Shown here: piece after piece, positions 22,683 through 35,208 of the stretch
Numbering within the stretch: the first letter of the stretch is position 1
How the letters are laid out: every line of letters begins with the position of its first letter
Assembly: GCA_030704615.1 (NCBI GenBank)
Contig: CM060734.1
Location: 44,144,001 to 44,208,000 of the forward strand
DNA length: 64,000 bases
From: Takakia lepidozioides
Lineage: Eukaryota; Plantae; Bryophyta
Reading direction: 5' to 3'
The notes under the pieces: model-generated
Seen by the model: the letters and a program-made list of their open reading frames with translations, nothing else
What the model was told of the DNA's origin: nothing
The model's database searches: none
Translations under genes and position numbers: made by a program

Positions 22683-25174
22683 TCACCAGTAATCACCACA
22701 AGAACAAATCCCATCTTCAAAGTGGTGAAAGCGGTTAGCGTCCCGTACAACAATTGCTCGGCCAACAATCTTTGAGATGAATTTGGTGGAGGTGTGGCAG
22801 TCACCACACACTCGAAGATTCTTGATGAGACGGAGAGGCGTCCTAGGGGTCGTCTGATCAGCCCAAAACCAATGGCCAGCTTCTCACTGTGGTGGCAAAG
22901 AGAAAATTCCTTTTCATCCTCCCCACATCATGCAATACAAAGCGCCTGTCAGGCACATACCCCGCCTCCTTCATCTTCCCAGACAATCTTCTCAGCTCAG
23001 CATGGATTTCCTTAATTCTGGGATGTAACTTGTCATCTACAACGAAGGTGTGCACCCTGTTGCAAACCTCAATGCAGCAGCGACCTGGCTCCTTTTCAAC
23101 CCCTCTGACCGTCATCATTTTTCTGACCTTTACAGTATCAACCCACCTGCCAGCTGCAGCATAGATGTTTGATAGCAACATAAGTCGCGGCATCCTGTTC
23201 ATTCCACTTGAGGATAGATGTTGCCGCACGTTGAGCCATCTCTACATTGTCATGGATTCTGCAGGCACTAAACAAGGCCTTCCACACCACAACATCTGGA
23301 TTGATTGGCATTTTATTAATCAAGTCCACTGCCTCATCCAGTTGTCCCGCACGTCCAAGAAGGTCCACCATGCAGCCAAAGTGCTATACTGTCGGAGTGA
23401 CACCATGATCTTGAATCAGGGAATCGAAGTAGCGTCTACCTTCATTCAGAAGGCCAGTGAGGCTGCATGCAGAGAGAACACATACTGCTTCAAGCCGCTC
23501 TTTTGCATTCCTTCAAATAGTTACAGGGCCTCCCTATGACAACCATGCTGTGCATATCCTGCGATCATTGCATTCCACGACACCACATCTCATTCAGCCA
23601 TATTGTCGAACACTCCCTTTGCATCCTCCATGCACCCACATTTGGCATACATGTCCACCAGGGCAGAGTTCAGGATCACATCTGGTACAATTCCAGCTCT
23701 GACGATGTCGCCATGCACCTCTTTGCCCTTTTCCAGGGCTGCCAGGCTTGCACACACACTGCAAATGCACACAAACGTGATGTGGTCGGGCTTCACCCCG
23801 TCGCACATCATTTGCTCATAGGTCTCCAAAGCCTCCATCCCACGTCCCTGCTGTGCATACCCTGCAAGCACCGCACTCCACGACACCACACCTCGTTCAG
23901 CCATAGTGTCGAACACTCCCTTTGCATCCTAGATGCACCCACATTTTGCAAACATGTCCGCTAGGGTATTGTTTAGAATGACAGCTGGTACAATTCCAGC
24001 TCTGAAGATGTCGCCATGGACCTCTTTCCCCCTTTCCAGAGCTGCCAGGGCAGTGTTTAGAATGACATTTGGTACAATTCCAGCTTTGACGATATCCCCA
24101 TGCACCTCTTTGCCCTTCTCTAGGGCTGCCAGGCTCGCACGACGCCACATCTTGTTCAGCCATAGTGTTGAACACTCCCATTGCGTCCTAGATGCACCCA
24201 CATTTTGCAAACATGTCCACCAGGGTATTGTTCAGAATGAAATCTGGTACAATTCCAGCTCTGAAGATGTCGCCATGGACCTCTTTGCCCCTTTCCAGAG
24301 CTGCCAGGCTTGCACACGCATTGCAAACGCACCCAAACGTGATGTGGTTGGGCTTCACCCCTTCTCCCATCATTTGTTCATAAGTCTCCAAAGCCTCCAT
24401 ACCACGTTCTTACTGTGCATACCCTGCAAGCATTGCGTCCAATGGCACCACATCTCGTTCAGCCATAGTGTTGAAAACTCCCTTCGCATCCTTAATGCAC
24501 CCACATTTGGCATACATGTCCACCAGGGCAGTTTCCAGAATGACATCTGGTACAATTCCAGCTTTGACGATGTCACCATGGATCTCTTTCCTCTTTTCCA
24601 GAGCTCCCCGGCTTGCACACGCATTGTAAACACAAACAACTGCGATGTGGTTGGGCTTCACCCTTTCGCGCAGCATTTGCTCATAGGTCTCCAAAGCATT
24701 CCTACCACACCCGTGCTTGGTAAATCCTGCCAACATTATGTTCCACATGATCAAACATTGTTGAGGCATTCTGTTGAACACTTGGTAGGCATCCATGATG
24801 TTCCCACACTTAACATACATGTTGACAAGGGAGTTGAGTAGAAAAAAAATTGACGTGAATCGACTTTGGATAATGTGAGTGTGCACCTGCTTTCCAGCTT
24901 CCAGACCTCCCATCTTGATGCACTTAAGCAAGAGATAAGCATACGTATCTGAATCTGCTGAAATGCCTCCTTGGTTTATAGTCTGTAGAGCCTCTGCCAG
25001 TCTGCCTGTCGCACGAAGTATCTTCACATGCCCAGAAGGGCCAGAAGAGGTATTGTGGACTCCCTCTCTTGATCCTCTTTCAGAAGCTGTGGCCATGGAT
25101 GAGGTGCCTGATTTCATCAACTGTGCCACTGCAACTGCTGCATTCAGTTGACCATCTACCCAGAGAGACCACAT
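22683..25174 (-). pseudogene. PLS-class PPR-DYW gene (C-to-U editing factor type), frameshifted
   Basis: Leader, P-L-S triplets, E domain (CMVDLLGRAG..WKALFSACRIH), PG box variant [41 protein letters not shown]; stop at 22683-22685. Confidence 0.92.
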
Positions 25175-25184
25175 ATAAAGGTGA

Positions 25185-27700
25185 TACTGTCCGGCTTCAA
25201 GCCGTTCTTTTACATTCCTTCAAATAGTTGCAGGACCTCCCTATAACAACCATGCTGGGCATATCCTGCGATCATTGAATTCCACGACACCACATTTCGT
25301 TCAGTCATCCTGTCGAACACTCCCTTTGCATCCTCGATGCACTCACATTTGATATACAGGTCCAGCAGGGTAGTGTTGACATCTGGTACAAATCCAGCTT
25401 TGACGATGTCACCATGGACCTCATTGCACCTTTCCAGGGCTGCCAGGCTTGCACAAGCATTGCAAATGCAAACAAATGTGATGTGGTTGGGCTTCACCCT
25501 TTCGCACATCAATTGCTCATAGGTCTCCAAAGCCTCCATCCCGCCCCTTGCTGTGCATATCCTGCAATCATCGCACTCCACGACACCACATTTCTTTCAG
25601 TCATACTGTCGAACACTCCCTTTGCATCCTCGATGCACTCACATATGACATACATGTCCAGCAGGGCAGTGTTGAGGATGACATCTGGTACAAATCCAGC
25701 TTTGACGATGTCACATGCATGGACCTCATTGCACCTTTCCAAAGCTGCCAGGCTCGCACACGCATTGCAAATGCAAACAAACGTTATGCGGTTGGGCTTC
25801 ACCCCTTCGCACATCAATTGCTCAAGGTCTCCAACGCCTCCATCCCGCGCCCTTACTGTGCATATTCTGTAATCATCGCCCTCCACGACACCACATCTCC
25901 TTCAGCCATACTGTCGAAAACTCCCTTTGCATCCTCGATGCACTCACATTTGACATACATGTCCAGCAGGGCAGTGTTCAGAATGACATTGAGTACAATT
26001 CCAGATGTGACATGTCACCATGGACCACTTTGCACCTTTCCAGAGCTGCCAGGCTTGCACACGCATTGCAAATGCAAACAAACGTTATGCGGTCGGGCTT
26101 CACCCCTTCCCCCATCATTTGCTCATAGGTCTCCAAAGCCTCCATCCCGCCCCTTGCTGTGCATATCCTGCAATCATCGCCCTCCACGACACCACATTTC
26201 TTTCAGCCATACTGTCGAAAACTCCCTTTGCATCCTCGATGCACTCACATTTGACATACATGTCCAGCAGGGCTGTGTTCAGGATGACATCTGGTACAAA
26301 TCAGCTTTGACGATGTCACCATGGACCTCATTGCACCTTTCCAGGGCTGCCAGGCTTGCACACGCATTGCAAATGCAAACAAACGTCAACAAGCTTCTCC
26401 TCATCTATGTTATCTGTTTTTGGATACTTTCCTGCTGCCACATCGGCAGTAACTTGTCAAAGTCACTCCTAACCACCAAAGATACACCCAACGAGCTAAC
26501 TTACAGAATTCAATATGCATCTCAAACTCCCTTGCTCAGTTTCTCACCAAACACTGTATGATAAGTGGCATGTTAGCAAGAGCAGTTTCCAGGACGATAT
26601 TTGGCTCAATTCTGGTTTTGATAATACCAACATGGATCTTTTTGCCCTTTTCCAGGTCTGCCAGGCTGCCACATGCATTGAGAACGGAAGTGAATGTGAC
26701 TTTGTCCAGTACCCACCCTTCCCATATCATTTGCTCATAGGTCTCCAAGGTGACCACACCCTTGCTGAGCATATCCTGCAGCAATCATCGCACAATGAAA
26801 CCACATCTCGTCCAGCCATATTGTCGAAAACTCGACGGGCCTCCTTCATGCTCCCGCACTTGGCCTACATGGCAGCAAGGGCAGTCTCTAGAATGACATT
26901 TGGTGCAATTCCAGCTTTCAAAATGTCAGCTTGGACCTGTTTTCCCTTTTCCAGGGCACCTATGCTGGCACATGCCTTGAGAGTAGAATGAACGTGACCT
27001 TGGAGGGCACGGCCTGCTAAGACCAAGCTTACTCTCCCAAAAACCTCATGAAGAATACCAAATCATGGTACCGAACGAGCTAACTTACAGAATTCAATAT
27101 GCATCTCAGGGCTGAGTCTGATGAGAGGGCAAAACAGGCTGAAATAGGTCGAAGAATGTGCCCTCGCCACATTGTCCTTGACCTTGTGTCATGACCCATG
27201 GAGGATTTGGCCGACCATCAACCCAAAAGGACCTCTTGTGTGTGCTGCTTGTGCCTGTAGTCAGGTAATGTCGGATTGGTATGTAAGAACCACCACGGTG
27301 CAGCTGAGCAGGCAGAGATTGAACTAAGATTTGCAGGCTGGACAAGGGTGTTGAGTAGAAAAACATTTGTTGTGAATCCACTTTGGATAATGTGAGTGTG
27401 CACCTGCTTTCCAGCTTCCAGACCTTCCATCTTCATGCACTTAAGCAAGAGACAGACATACGTATCTGAATCTGCTGAAATGCCTCCTTGGTTTGAAGTC
27501 TGTAGAACCTCTGTCAGGCTGCCTGCCGCACAAAGTATCTTCACATGCCCAGAAGTGCCAGAAGAGGCATTGTGGACTCCCTCTCTTGATCCTCTTTCAG
27601 AAGTTGTGGTCATGGTTGAGGTGCCTGATTCTATCAACTGTGGCGCTGCAGCTGCTGCCTTTAGTTGACCATCTACCCATGTAGGTTTATTGTCCACCCA
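25185..27700 (-). pseudogene. Further PPR triplet arrays (25185-26390, 26545-27010) and an N-terminal leader module (27345-27700)
   Basis: P-L-S motifs in several ORFs; leader SERGSREGVHNASSGTSGHVKILC. Confidence 0.85.
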
Positions 27701-29059
27701 CACACTATCCCTGCTCCTTAGCTATCCATGCCTCTGCACAAATCATACATACATCCTTGCCTTGCTGCTATCAGCTGACAATGACAGCCTAGATTTGTTC
27801 TAGGAAACACCCAACTCAACTTATCACTCTAGTTCCTATCCTCAATTGCATCTACTACTCTCTGTAATCCAACAGGCATTCACCTTTTGCCTCCATTGTC
27901 CCACCATTGACTGGGGACAGAAAAGTATTCATTCCACAGCCTCTCCTCGTCTCTGTTACCTGTTTCTGGATACTTCCCTGTTGTCACATTGGCAGTATCA
28001 TGTCAAAGTCACTCCAAACTATCAACGGTTCACTCAACCAGCTAACTTGCAGAATTCAACATGAAAATTTAGGGCCGATTGTGATAAGAGGGAAAAACAG
28101 GGTGAAATGTTTTGAAGAAGGTGCCTTCATTAGCAGTGCCTGAATTTGTCAATTGTACCGCTGCTGCTGTGGCTTCCAGTTGACCATCTACCCATGCAGG
28201 TTTCTTGTAGTTATCCTTCCACAGGGAATCATAGGTGATCTGGAGCTTGAAATCCGGTCCTCTTGGATGAATCTGGACCCACATCTCAGGGTCGAATCTG
28301 ATGAGAGGGCAAAACAGGCTGAAATAGGTCGAAGAAGAAGGTGCCCTCACCACATTGTCCTTGACCTTGTTTCATGACCCATGGAGACCTGCTAGCAGCT
28401 GACACTGACCAACCCAATTCTGAATTGCATCTGCTTCTCTCTGTAGTCCAACAGGCATTCACCTTTTGTCTCCATTGTCCCACCATTGACTGGGGTCGGA
28501 AAAGTGTTCATTCCAAAGCTTGTCAGGGCCGAGTCTGATGAGAGGGCAAAACAGGCTGAAATAGGTCGTAGAAGAAGGTGCCCTCACCACATTGTCCTTG
28601 ACCTTGTGTCATGACCCAAGGAGGATTTGGCCGACCATCAACCCAAAAGGACCTCTGTGTGTGTTGCTTGCGTCTGTAGTCAGGTAATGTCCGATTGTAT
28701 GTGAGAACCACCACGGGTGCAGCTGAGCAAGCAGAGATTGAAACATGGCCTGCTAAGACCAAGCTGATTCTCCCACGAACCTTGTAAACATCAGGAAGAA
28801 TACCAAATCAGGGTACTAAGAGCCCCCATTTGCAGGATGGACAAATTTCTTCACATCGTACATTAAGAAAAGCCACACCTTGCTATTGTAGTTGTCCCAC
28901 CATCTGCTGCGAGAGCTCCTGCTGCGTACTCATAATCTCTGAACGTCTCCATCTGCGAATCGCGATCGGCCTGTAAAACCCCTCCTGCGGTTCAAGAAAT
29001 CAAGACGCGGGGCAGTTTGGGCAGTTTCGAAACACTTGGCGCGAAATTCTATTGGCGTT

Positions 29060-29385
29060 TCCCGGGCGGGCAGCTCGGGCAAATTCCAAAGAATTTGACG
29101 ACGAAACGTGGCGACGAAACGTGACAACGATGACGTGGCACTATGGTACCCTATTCCTGCTCTACGCTAAACTAGCTTCCGACCTTCGGTCGTCGCTAGA
29201 ACTAGGGCTTCGCGTTGCTCCACACTACTAGCGACGAATTCTGAGAACTAAGTTCAATTTTTCACAAAAAAAATGGGTGGGTCATCCCCACGGTGTTACA
29301 TGCAGAGATCCCGTGTTTTGTTTTTTTCTGGAAGAAAAATGGCGGATCTGCATTTCAACATTCAATTTTCACAAGCCGCATCAAT
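29060..29385. repeat. GACGA/CTAG-hairpin repeat, copy 2
   Basis: Near-identical to 21795-22135, including the adjoining flank of the PPR unit. Confidence 0.75.
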
Positions 29386-29401
29386 CAATAACAACATACC
29401 C

Positions 29402-31304
29402 TGGGAGGACTTGGTATCATAGACCCTCTTGCTCAGACTACCTCCATTCTCGCAAAGTGGGTTCCCAGGATTTTCACAAATCTTTCAGCCCCGTGGAGTC
29501 TACTTGTTCGCCATCATGTCATGGATGCAACACCCACATCTAGAGAATGGCCTAAATCCCTTCGCTGGATCGTGCAAGGTAAAAGTTCATTCAGAACTCA
29601 TCCTTTGGGCTCCAAGGCTTGGCAATCTATATGGGCTGCATGGGTTCTATTGAGAAACTCCCTCTATCAAACCATGCCATCCACCTTGGAAGAGGCCTTG
29701 CGTCAGCCGCTTTTTGCAAACTACAACTCCGATTCAGAGGTGCTATTATCAGGTGCTAAAAAATGGAGCCATTGGGAGATGGCTGGAATTTCGCATTTTT
29801 GCCATATCTGGGATCCTCCTAGCTTCCTCCCCAAAGACCTGGTCACCTCCCACCTCTCTTCCAGAAGGGCAGGGGCTTGGGATTCTCTGATTAAAGAGAT
29901 ACCCCAGCTTTGGACTTCTTTTCCCTCCGTCCAGGATGCACCAAGGCTACTTCCTGCTTGGCTTGGGAAAGGTGCCCCCGAGTCTGCGCAGGTGACCCTC
30001 TACGCCATATCTCGCCATGGCAGCACTCTAGCGGGCTGGCAGTTTCAGGCTGATAGGGTTGGGGGCTTATACCATCCATCGTTCAAGTATCTACAAGAAG
30101 AAGGTCTATTTGCGATTAGAGTGTTCTGCAGGATTACGGGAGCATGCAATCCTTCGCCGCCTCCCAATATCAAACACTACTCTAGTTCTTTCTGTTGGTT
30201 CCTGAATGCACCGGTCACACAACTTCAATTTGACCCTGCAGAGTGGAACTGGATGTCAACCCCTCACAAACCCTTCTTTAGCTATTCGGTCAAGCTTGGT
30301 TACAATTTGCTGAGACCCCCGGCTCTCTTCTCTCACAAATGGAATGCTAAGTGGGAGCATCTTCCACCGCCCTCAGTGAATTGGCTCATGGTTTGGAAGG
30401 ATGTTTGGAGAAAACAAAGGGCTGCAAAAAGATGTGGATTTCTATGGAAGATTGTCAATCGTATCTTGCCAGTTTTCGTGCACATTTCGGATCCCCAGCT
30501 CCCCTGCTCAATCTGTAACTCGAATGGTCCAGAGACCATTGAGCATTGCCTGATTCATTGCCCTCTGGCCTCTCTAGTATGGGCTGCTGTTAAGAGATTT
30601 TATGCTCACTGGTCACTGGACTTCTCTTCCCAGATTTCCGTTTTGCTCTTGAACATGCACAATGGTGCTTACTGGAGTACATGCCCTCTCTGGATAGCAC
30701 TTTGTGCCCACACCTTGTGGAATATCTGGAAATGTAGGTGCTCTTGTGTTTTTGAGGCTAAGGTACCATGTGCTAAGATAGCATTGTATCGAATTCATTC
30801 CGACCTTATGACTAAAGCGAGAAAATCTTGGAGCGTTTTGTGTGCAGTTGCTGCCAGAAGCTCTCAGAACAAGAGGTTGCAACTATTCGTTGACTTTGAT
30901 AAGTCCTGGGGAAAATGAGGCATTCTGTGCACAAGAGTTTCAGACTCATCGGTTGTCTGGAACAACCAACTCCCGCCATGTTGGCAGTTCACGTAGTGCC
31001 CAACAGTCAGCTGAGCCTGAAGACTCTGACGTCAATTGGCGCCACAAGCGCTCTCTTCGGAAGGGCAAGTCCAAGGCGCATCTTTCCTTCGCCTCTTCCA
31101 GGCCTTAGACATCCCCCACCTGCAGCGCTCTTATCCTTAGCCTCTGCAGACTTCTTAGTTTTGGTTATGGGGCAAAGCTCATTTATCGTCCTCATGGTTT
31201 CCTAGTGAGGTTATTTTTTCCTCACTTTCTTTGTAATCCGTTTTTTTGAAATAAATTCTAAAGGGCCTCAGTTCCCTGTTTTTATTTTATTTATTTATTT
31301 TTTA
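29402..31304 (+). mobile_element. 5'-truncated L1-type LINE (ORF2 C-terminus, 29521-30918) with 9-bp TSD
   Basis: zf-RVT-type motif FLWK...CSIC....ETIEHCLIHC..A..VW; TSD AACATACCC at 29393-29401 and 31305-31313; empty sites near 22149 and 53875. Confidence 0.9.
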
Positions 31305-31580
31305 AACATACCCAAATACCTTTACATTCACTATATGAACTTTCAATCATCCACCGTGGGATTGGATCTTGGTGGGTTAAGGCTAGCTTTTGACAATATT
31401 CATGCAAGTTCGTCAAGGGCTCCATCCAAAGCCACACCACGAGAAACAAACAAACATGTCCAAATTTAAGATACTGAACAAACTTGTGCACATGGCTACC
31501 CCTCTCATCAAGCTCATTAAAATTCGAATTCACTTCCATCTTCGAGCTTTGGAGAAGCTCCACCACCCAAACCCAGAATT

Positions 31581-34229
31581 ATAGCAACACATAAGTCGTG
31601 GCATCCTGTTCATCCCACTTGAGGATAGATGTTGCCACACATTCAGCCATCTCTACATTGCCATGGATTCTGTAGGCACCAAGCAAGGCCTTCCACACCA
31701 CAACATCTGGATTGATTCGCATATTATTAATCAGGTACCTTGCCTCATGTAGTTGTCCCGCACGTCTAGAAGGTCCACCATGCAGCCAAAGTGCTTTACT
31801 GGCAGGGTGACACCATGATGTTGACTCAGGGAATCGAAGTAGCGTCTTCCTCCATTCAGTAGGCCAGTGTGGCTGCATGCAAAGAGAACACATATAAAGG
31901 TGATATTGTCCAGCTTCAAGCCATTCTTTTGCATTCCTTCAAATAGTTGCAGGACCTCCCTAGGACAACCATGCTGGGCATATCCTGCGATCATCGGATT
32001 CCACGACACCACATTTCATTCAGCCACATTGTCAAATACTCCCTTTGCATCCTCAATGCACCCACATTTCGCATACATGTCCACCAGGGCAGTGTCCAGA
32101 ATGACATTTGGTACAATTCCAGCTTTGATGATGTCACCATGCACCCTTTGCCATTTTCCAGGGCTGCCAGGCTTGCACAAGCATTGCAAACGCACACAAA
32201 CGTGATGTGGTCGGACTTCACCCCTTACCCATCATTTGCTCATAGGTCTCCAAGGCCTCCATCCCGCGCCCCTGTTGTGCATATCCTGCAAGCATGGCAT
32301 TCCATGACACCAAATCTCATTCAGCACTTCATCCGCATCCTTGATGCACCCACATTTGGCATACATGTCCACGAGGGTATTGTTCAGAATCACATCTGGT
32401 ACAATTCCAGCTTTGGCGATGCAACCATGCACCTCTTTGCCCTTTTCCAGGGCTGCCAGGCTTGCACACGCATTGCAAACGCACACAAACGTGATGTGGT
32501 TGGGCTTCACCCCTTCGCACATCATTTGATCATAGGTCTCCAAAGCCTCCATCCCAAGCCCCTGCTGTGCATACCCCTGCAAGCATTGCATTCCAGGACA
32601 CCACATCTCGTTCAGCCATGGTGTTGAAATTAACTCCCTTCGCATCCTTAATGCACCCACATAAGGCATACATGTCCACCAGGGCAGTGTTCAGGATGAC
32701 ATCAGGTACAATTCCAGCTTTGACGATGTCACCACGGACCTCTTTCCCCTTTTCCAAAGCTCCCAGGCTTGCACACGCATTGCAAACATAAACAAATGTG
32801 ATGTGGTTGGGCTTCGCCCCTTCGCACAACATTTGCTCCTAGGTCTCCAAAGCCTCCATCTTGCACCCTTGTTGTGCATATCCTGCAATCATCGCACTCC
32901 ACGACACCACATCTCGTTCAGCCTTACTGTCGAACACTCCCTTCATACATGTCCACAAGGGTATTGTTCTGAATGACATTTTGTACAATTGCAGGTCTGA
33001 CAAATGCACCCACATTTGGCATACCTGTCCACCAAGGAAGTGTTCAGAATGACATCTGGTACAATTCCAGCTTGGATGATGTCACCACGGACCTCTTTCC
33101 CCTTTTCCAGAGCTCCCAGGCTTGCACACGCATTGCAAACACAAACAAATGTGATATCGTTGGGCTTCGCCCCTTCGCGCAACATTTGCTCCTAGATCTC
33201 CAAAGCCTCCATCTCGCACCCTTGCTGTGCATATCCTGCAATCATCGCACTCCACGACACAACATCTCGTTCAGCCATATTGTTGAACACTCCATTCATA
33301 CATTCTGAATGACATTTTGTACAATTGCAAGTCTGACAGTGCACCCATATATGGCATATCTGTCCGCCAGGGCAGTGTTCAGAATGACATCTGGTACAAT
33401 TCCAGCTTGGACGATGTCACCACGGACCTCTTTCCCCTTTTCCAAAGCTCCCAGGCTTGCACACGCATTGCAAACACAAACAAATGTGATGTGGTTGGGC
33501 TTCGCCCCTTCGCGCAACATTTGCTCCTAGATCTCCAAAGCCTCCATCCCGCACCCTTGCTGTGCATATCCTGCAATCATGGCACTCCACGACACCCCAT
33601 CTCGTTCAGCCATACTATCGAACATTCCCTTCATACATGTCCACAAGGGTATTGTTCTTAATGACATTTTGTACAATTGCAGGTCTGAAAATGCACCCAC
33701 ATTTGGCATACCTGTCCACCAGGGCAGTGTTCAGAATGACATCTGGTACAATTCCAGCTTTGACGATGTCACCACGGACCTCTTTGCCCTCTTCCAGGGC
33801 TGCCAGGCTTGCATAGGCATTGCAAACGGAAACAAACGTGATGTGGTCAGGGTTCACCCCTTCCCCCATCATTTGCTCATAGGTGTCCAAAGCCTCCATC
33901 CCGCGCCCTTGTTGTGCATACCTTGCAGTCATCGCACTCCACGACACCAAATCTCGTTCAGCCATACTGTCAAACACTCCCTCCGCATCTTCGATGCACC
34001 CACTTTTTGCATACATGTCCACGAGGGTATTGTTGACAATCACATCTGGTACTATTCCTGCTTTTGTGATGCAACCATGCACCTCTTTGCCCTTTTCCAA
34101 GGCTTCCAGGCTTGCAAACGCATAGACGTGATATGGTCGGGCTTCACCCCTTCCACCATCATTTGCTCATAGGTCTCCAAAGCCTCCATCCCGTGCCCCT
34201 GCTGTGCATACCCTGCAAGCATCGCGTTC
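31581..34229 (-). pseudogene. PLS-class PPR gene with E domain but no DYW; interrupted by the Gypsy insertion and continuing at 47479-49020
   Basis: P-L-S triplets and E motifs; the PPR sequence resumes after the TSD at 47474-47478. Confidence 0.88.
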
Positions 34230-35208
34230 TGTTAGAGGACTGTCTGGGACTTAGACACTTATACGGGATCTGTAGGGTACCCTTAATTTTTGCACAGACT
34301 GAGACCAACAGGAGCCTTAGGGGTGACAACAGCGCACTGTAGAGGGGGGTTACACAGTCCGTCACAGTCCAACACAGCCCACACAGCCACACAGCCAGTC
34401 ACAGTCAGCACAGCTCGTCACAGCCCAACACAGCCATCACAGCCAACACAACCCGTCACAGCCGACACAGCCACACAGCCAAACACAGTCGCACAGCCAG
34501 TCACAGCCCGTCACAGTTTCACACAGCCAGTCACAGCTTGACACAGCTGTCACGACCATAGGGAACGGAGAGCAGGACAGGGAACGACTGTAGGGAACAA
34601 CACCTGCAAATGGAACATGTTAGTTCACGGACGACGGTTAGTGAGGGAAACGGTTAGAGCCACGGGTAGGAAGCTAAAGGGAGAAGCAAGGACTGAGAAG
34701 GGGGATTCTTGGAAGCACTTCACGGGGAGGACTTCTTGGTCATGCATGAGAGGGGATCGGGCGGAGAGCAGGAACGGAAGCAAGCATGGAGAGCACGGTG
34801 AAGGAGGAGAGATGACTAGTAGATGCTTGTTATATGCAAAGCTGTAGTGATATTGTAGAGCAGATTAGAGACACAATGGCTTCGGCCTGATACCTGATAA
34901 ATCATAATCTGATACTTATACGATACAATCACACTGTGTAGAGAGATCTGAGTGAAGCTGTGGAATGAATGGATGAGTTGATAGAATCCGATAGATTGAT
35001 GAAGCAAACTGATACTTAATTATCAATAACCAGGTAGCTAACATGAATGCGGAAAGGAAAACAAATAGGAAACACCCCCATGATACACTAGCTGTAGGTC
35101 ATGACTGATTGTTCTGAGCGGGCTGAGTACTTAGAGATTTCCAACTCTTCTATCTTGGAGTTTCCGCCTCGGATAGCGAAGGGATGGGTGAGTAAAAGCC
35201 GCGCGACA
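34230..35208 (+). repeat. 5' LTR (979 bp) with CACAGC-rich microrepeat
   Basis: TGTTAGAGG...GCGCGACA; near-identical to 46438-47473. Confidence 0.97.

Noticed and set aside
22683-23110. U-to-C type DYW:KP domain
   Set aside because: The sequence has a PG-type box, HSEKLA and a canonical DYW end.
23933-26561. Long plus-strand ORFs (23933-24841, 25548-26561; similarly 31947-32627 and 51728-52480)
   Set aside because: Antisense shadows of PPR repeats on the minus strand.
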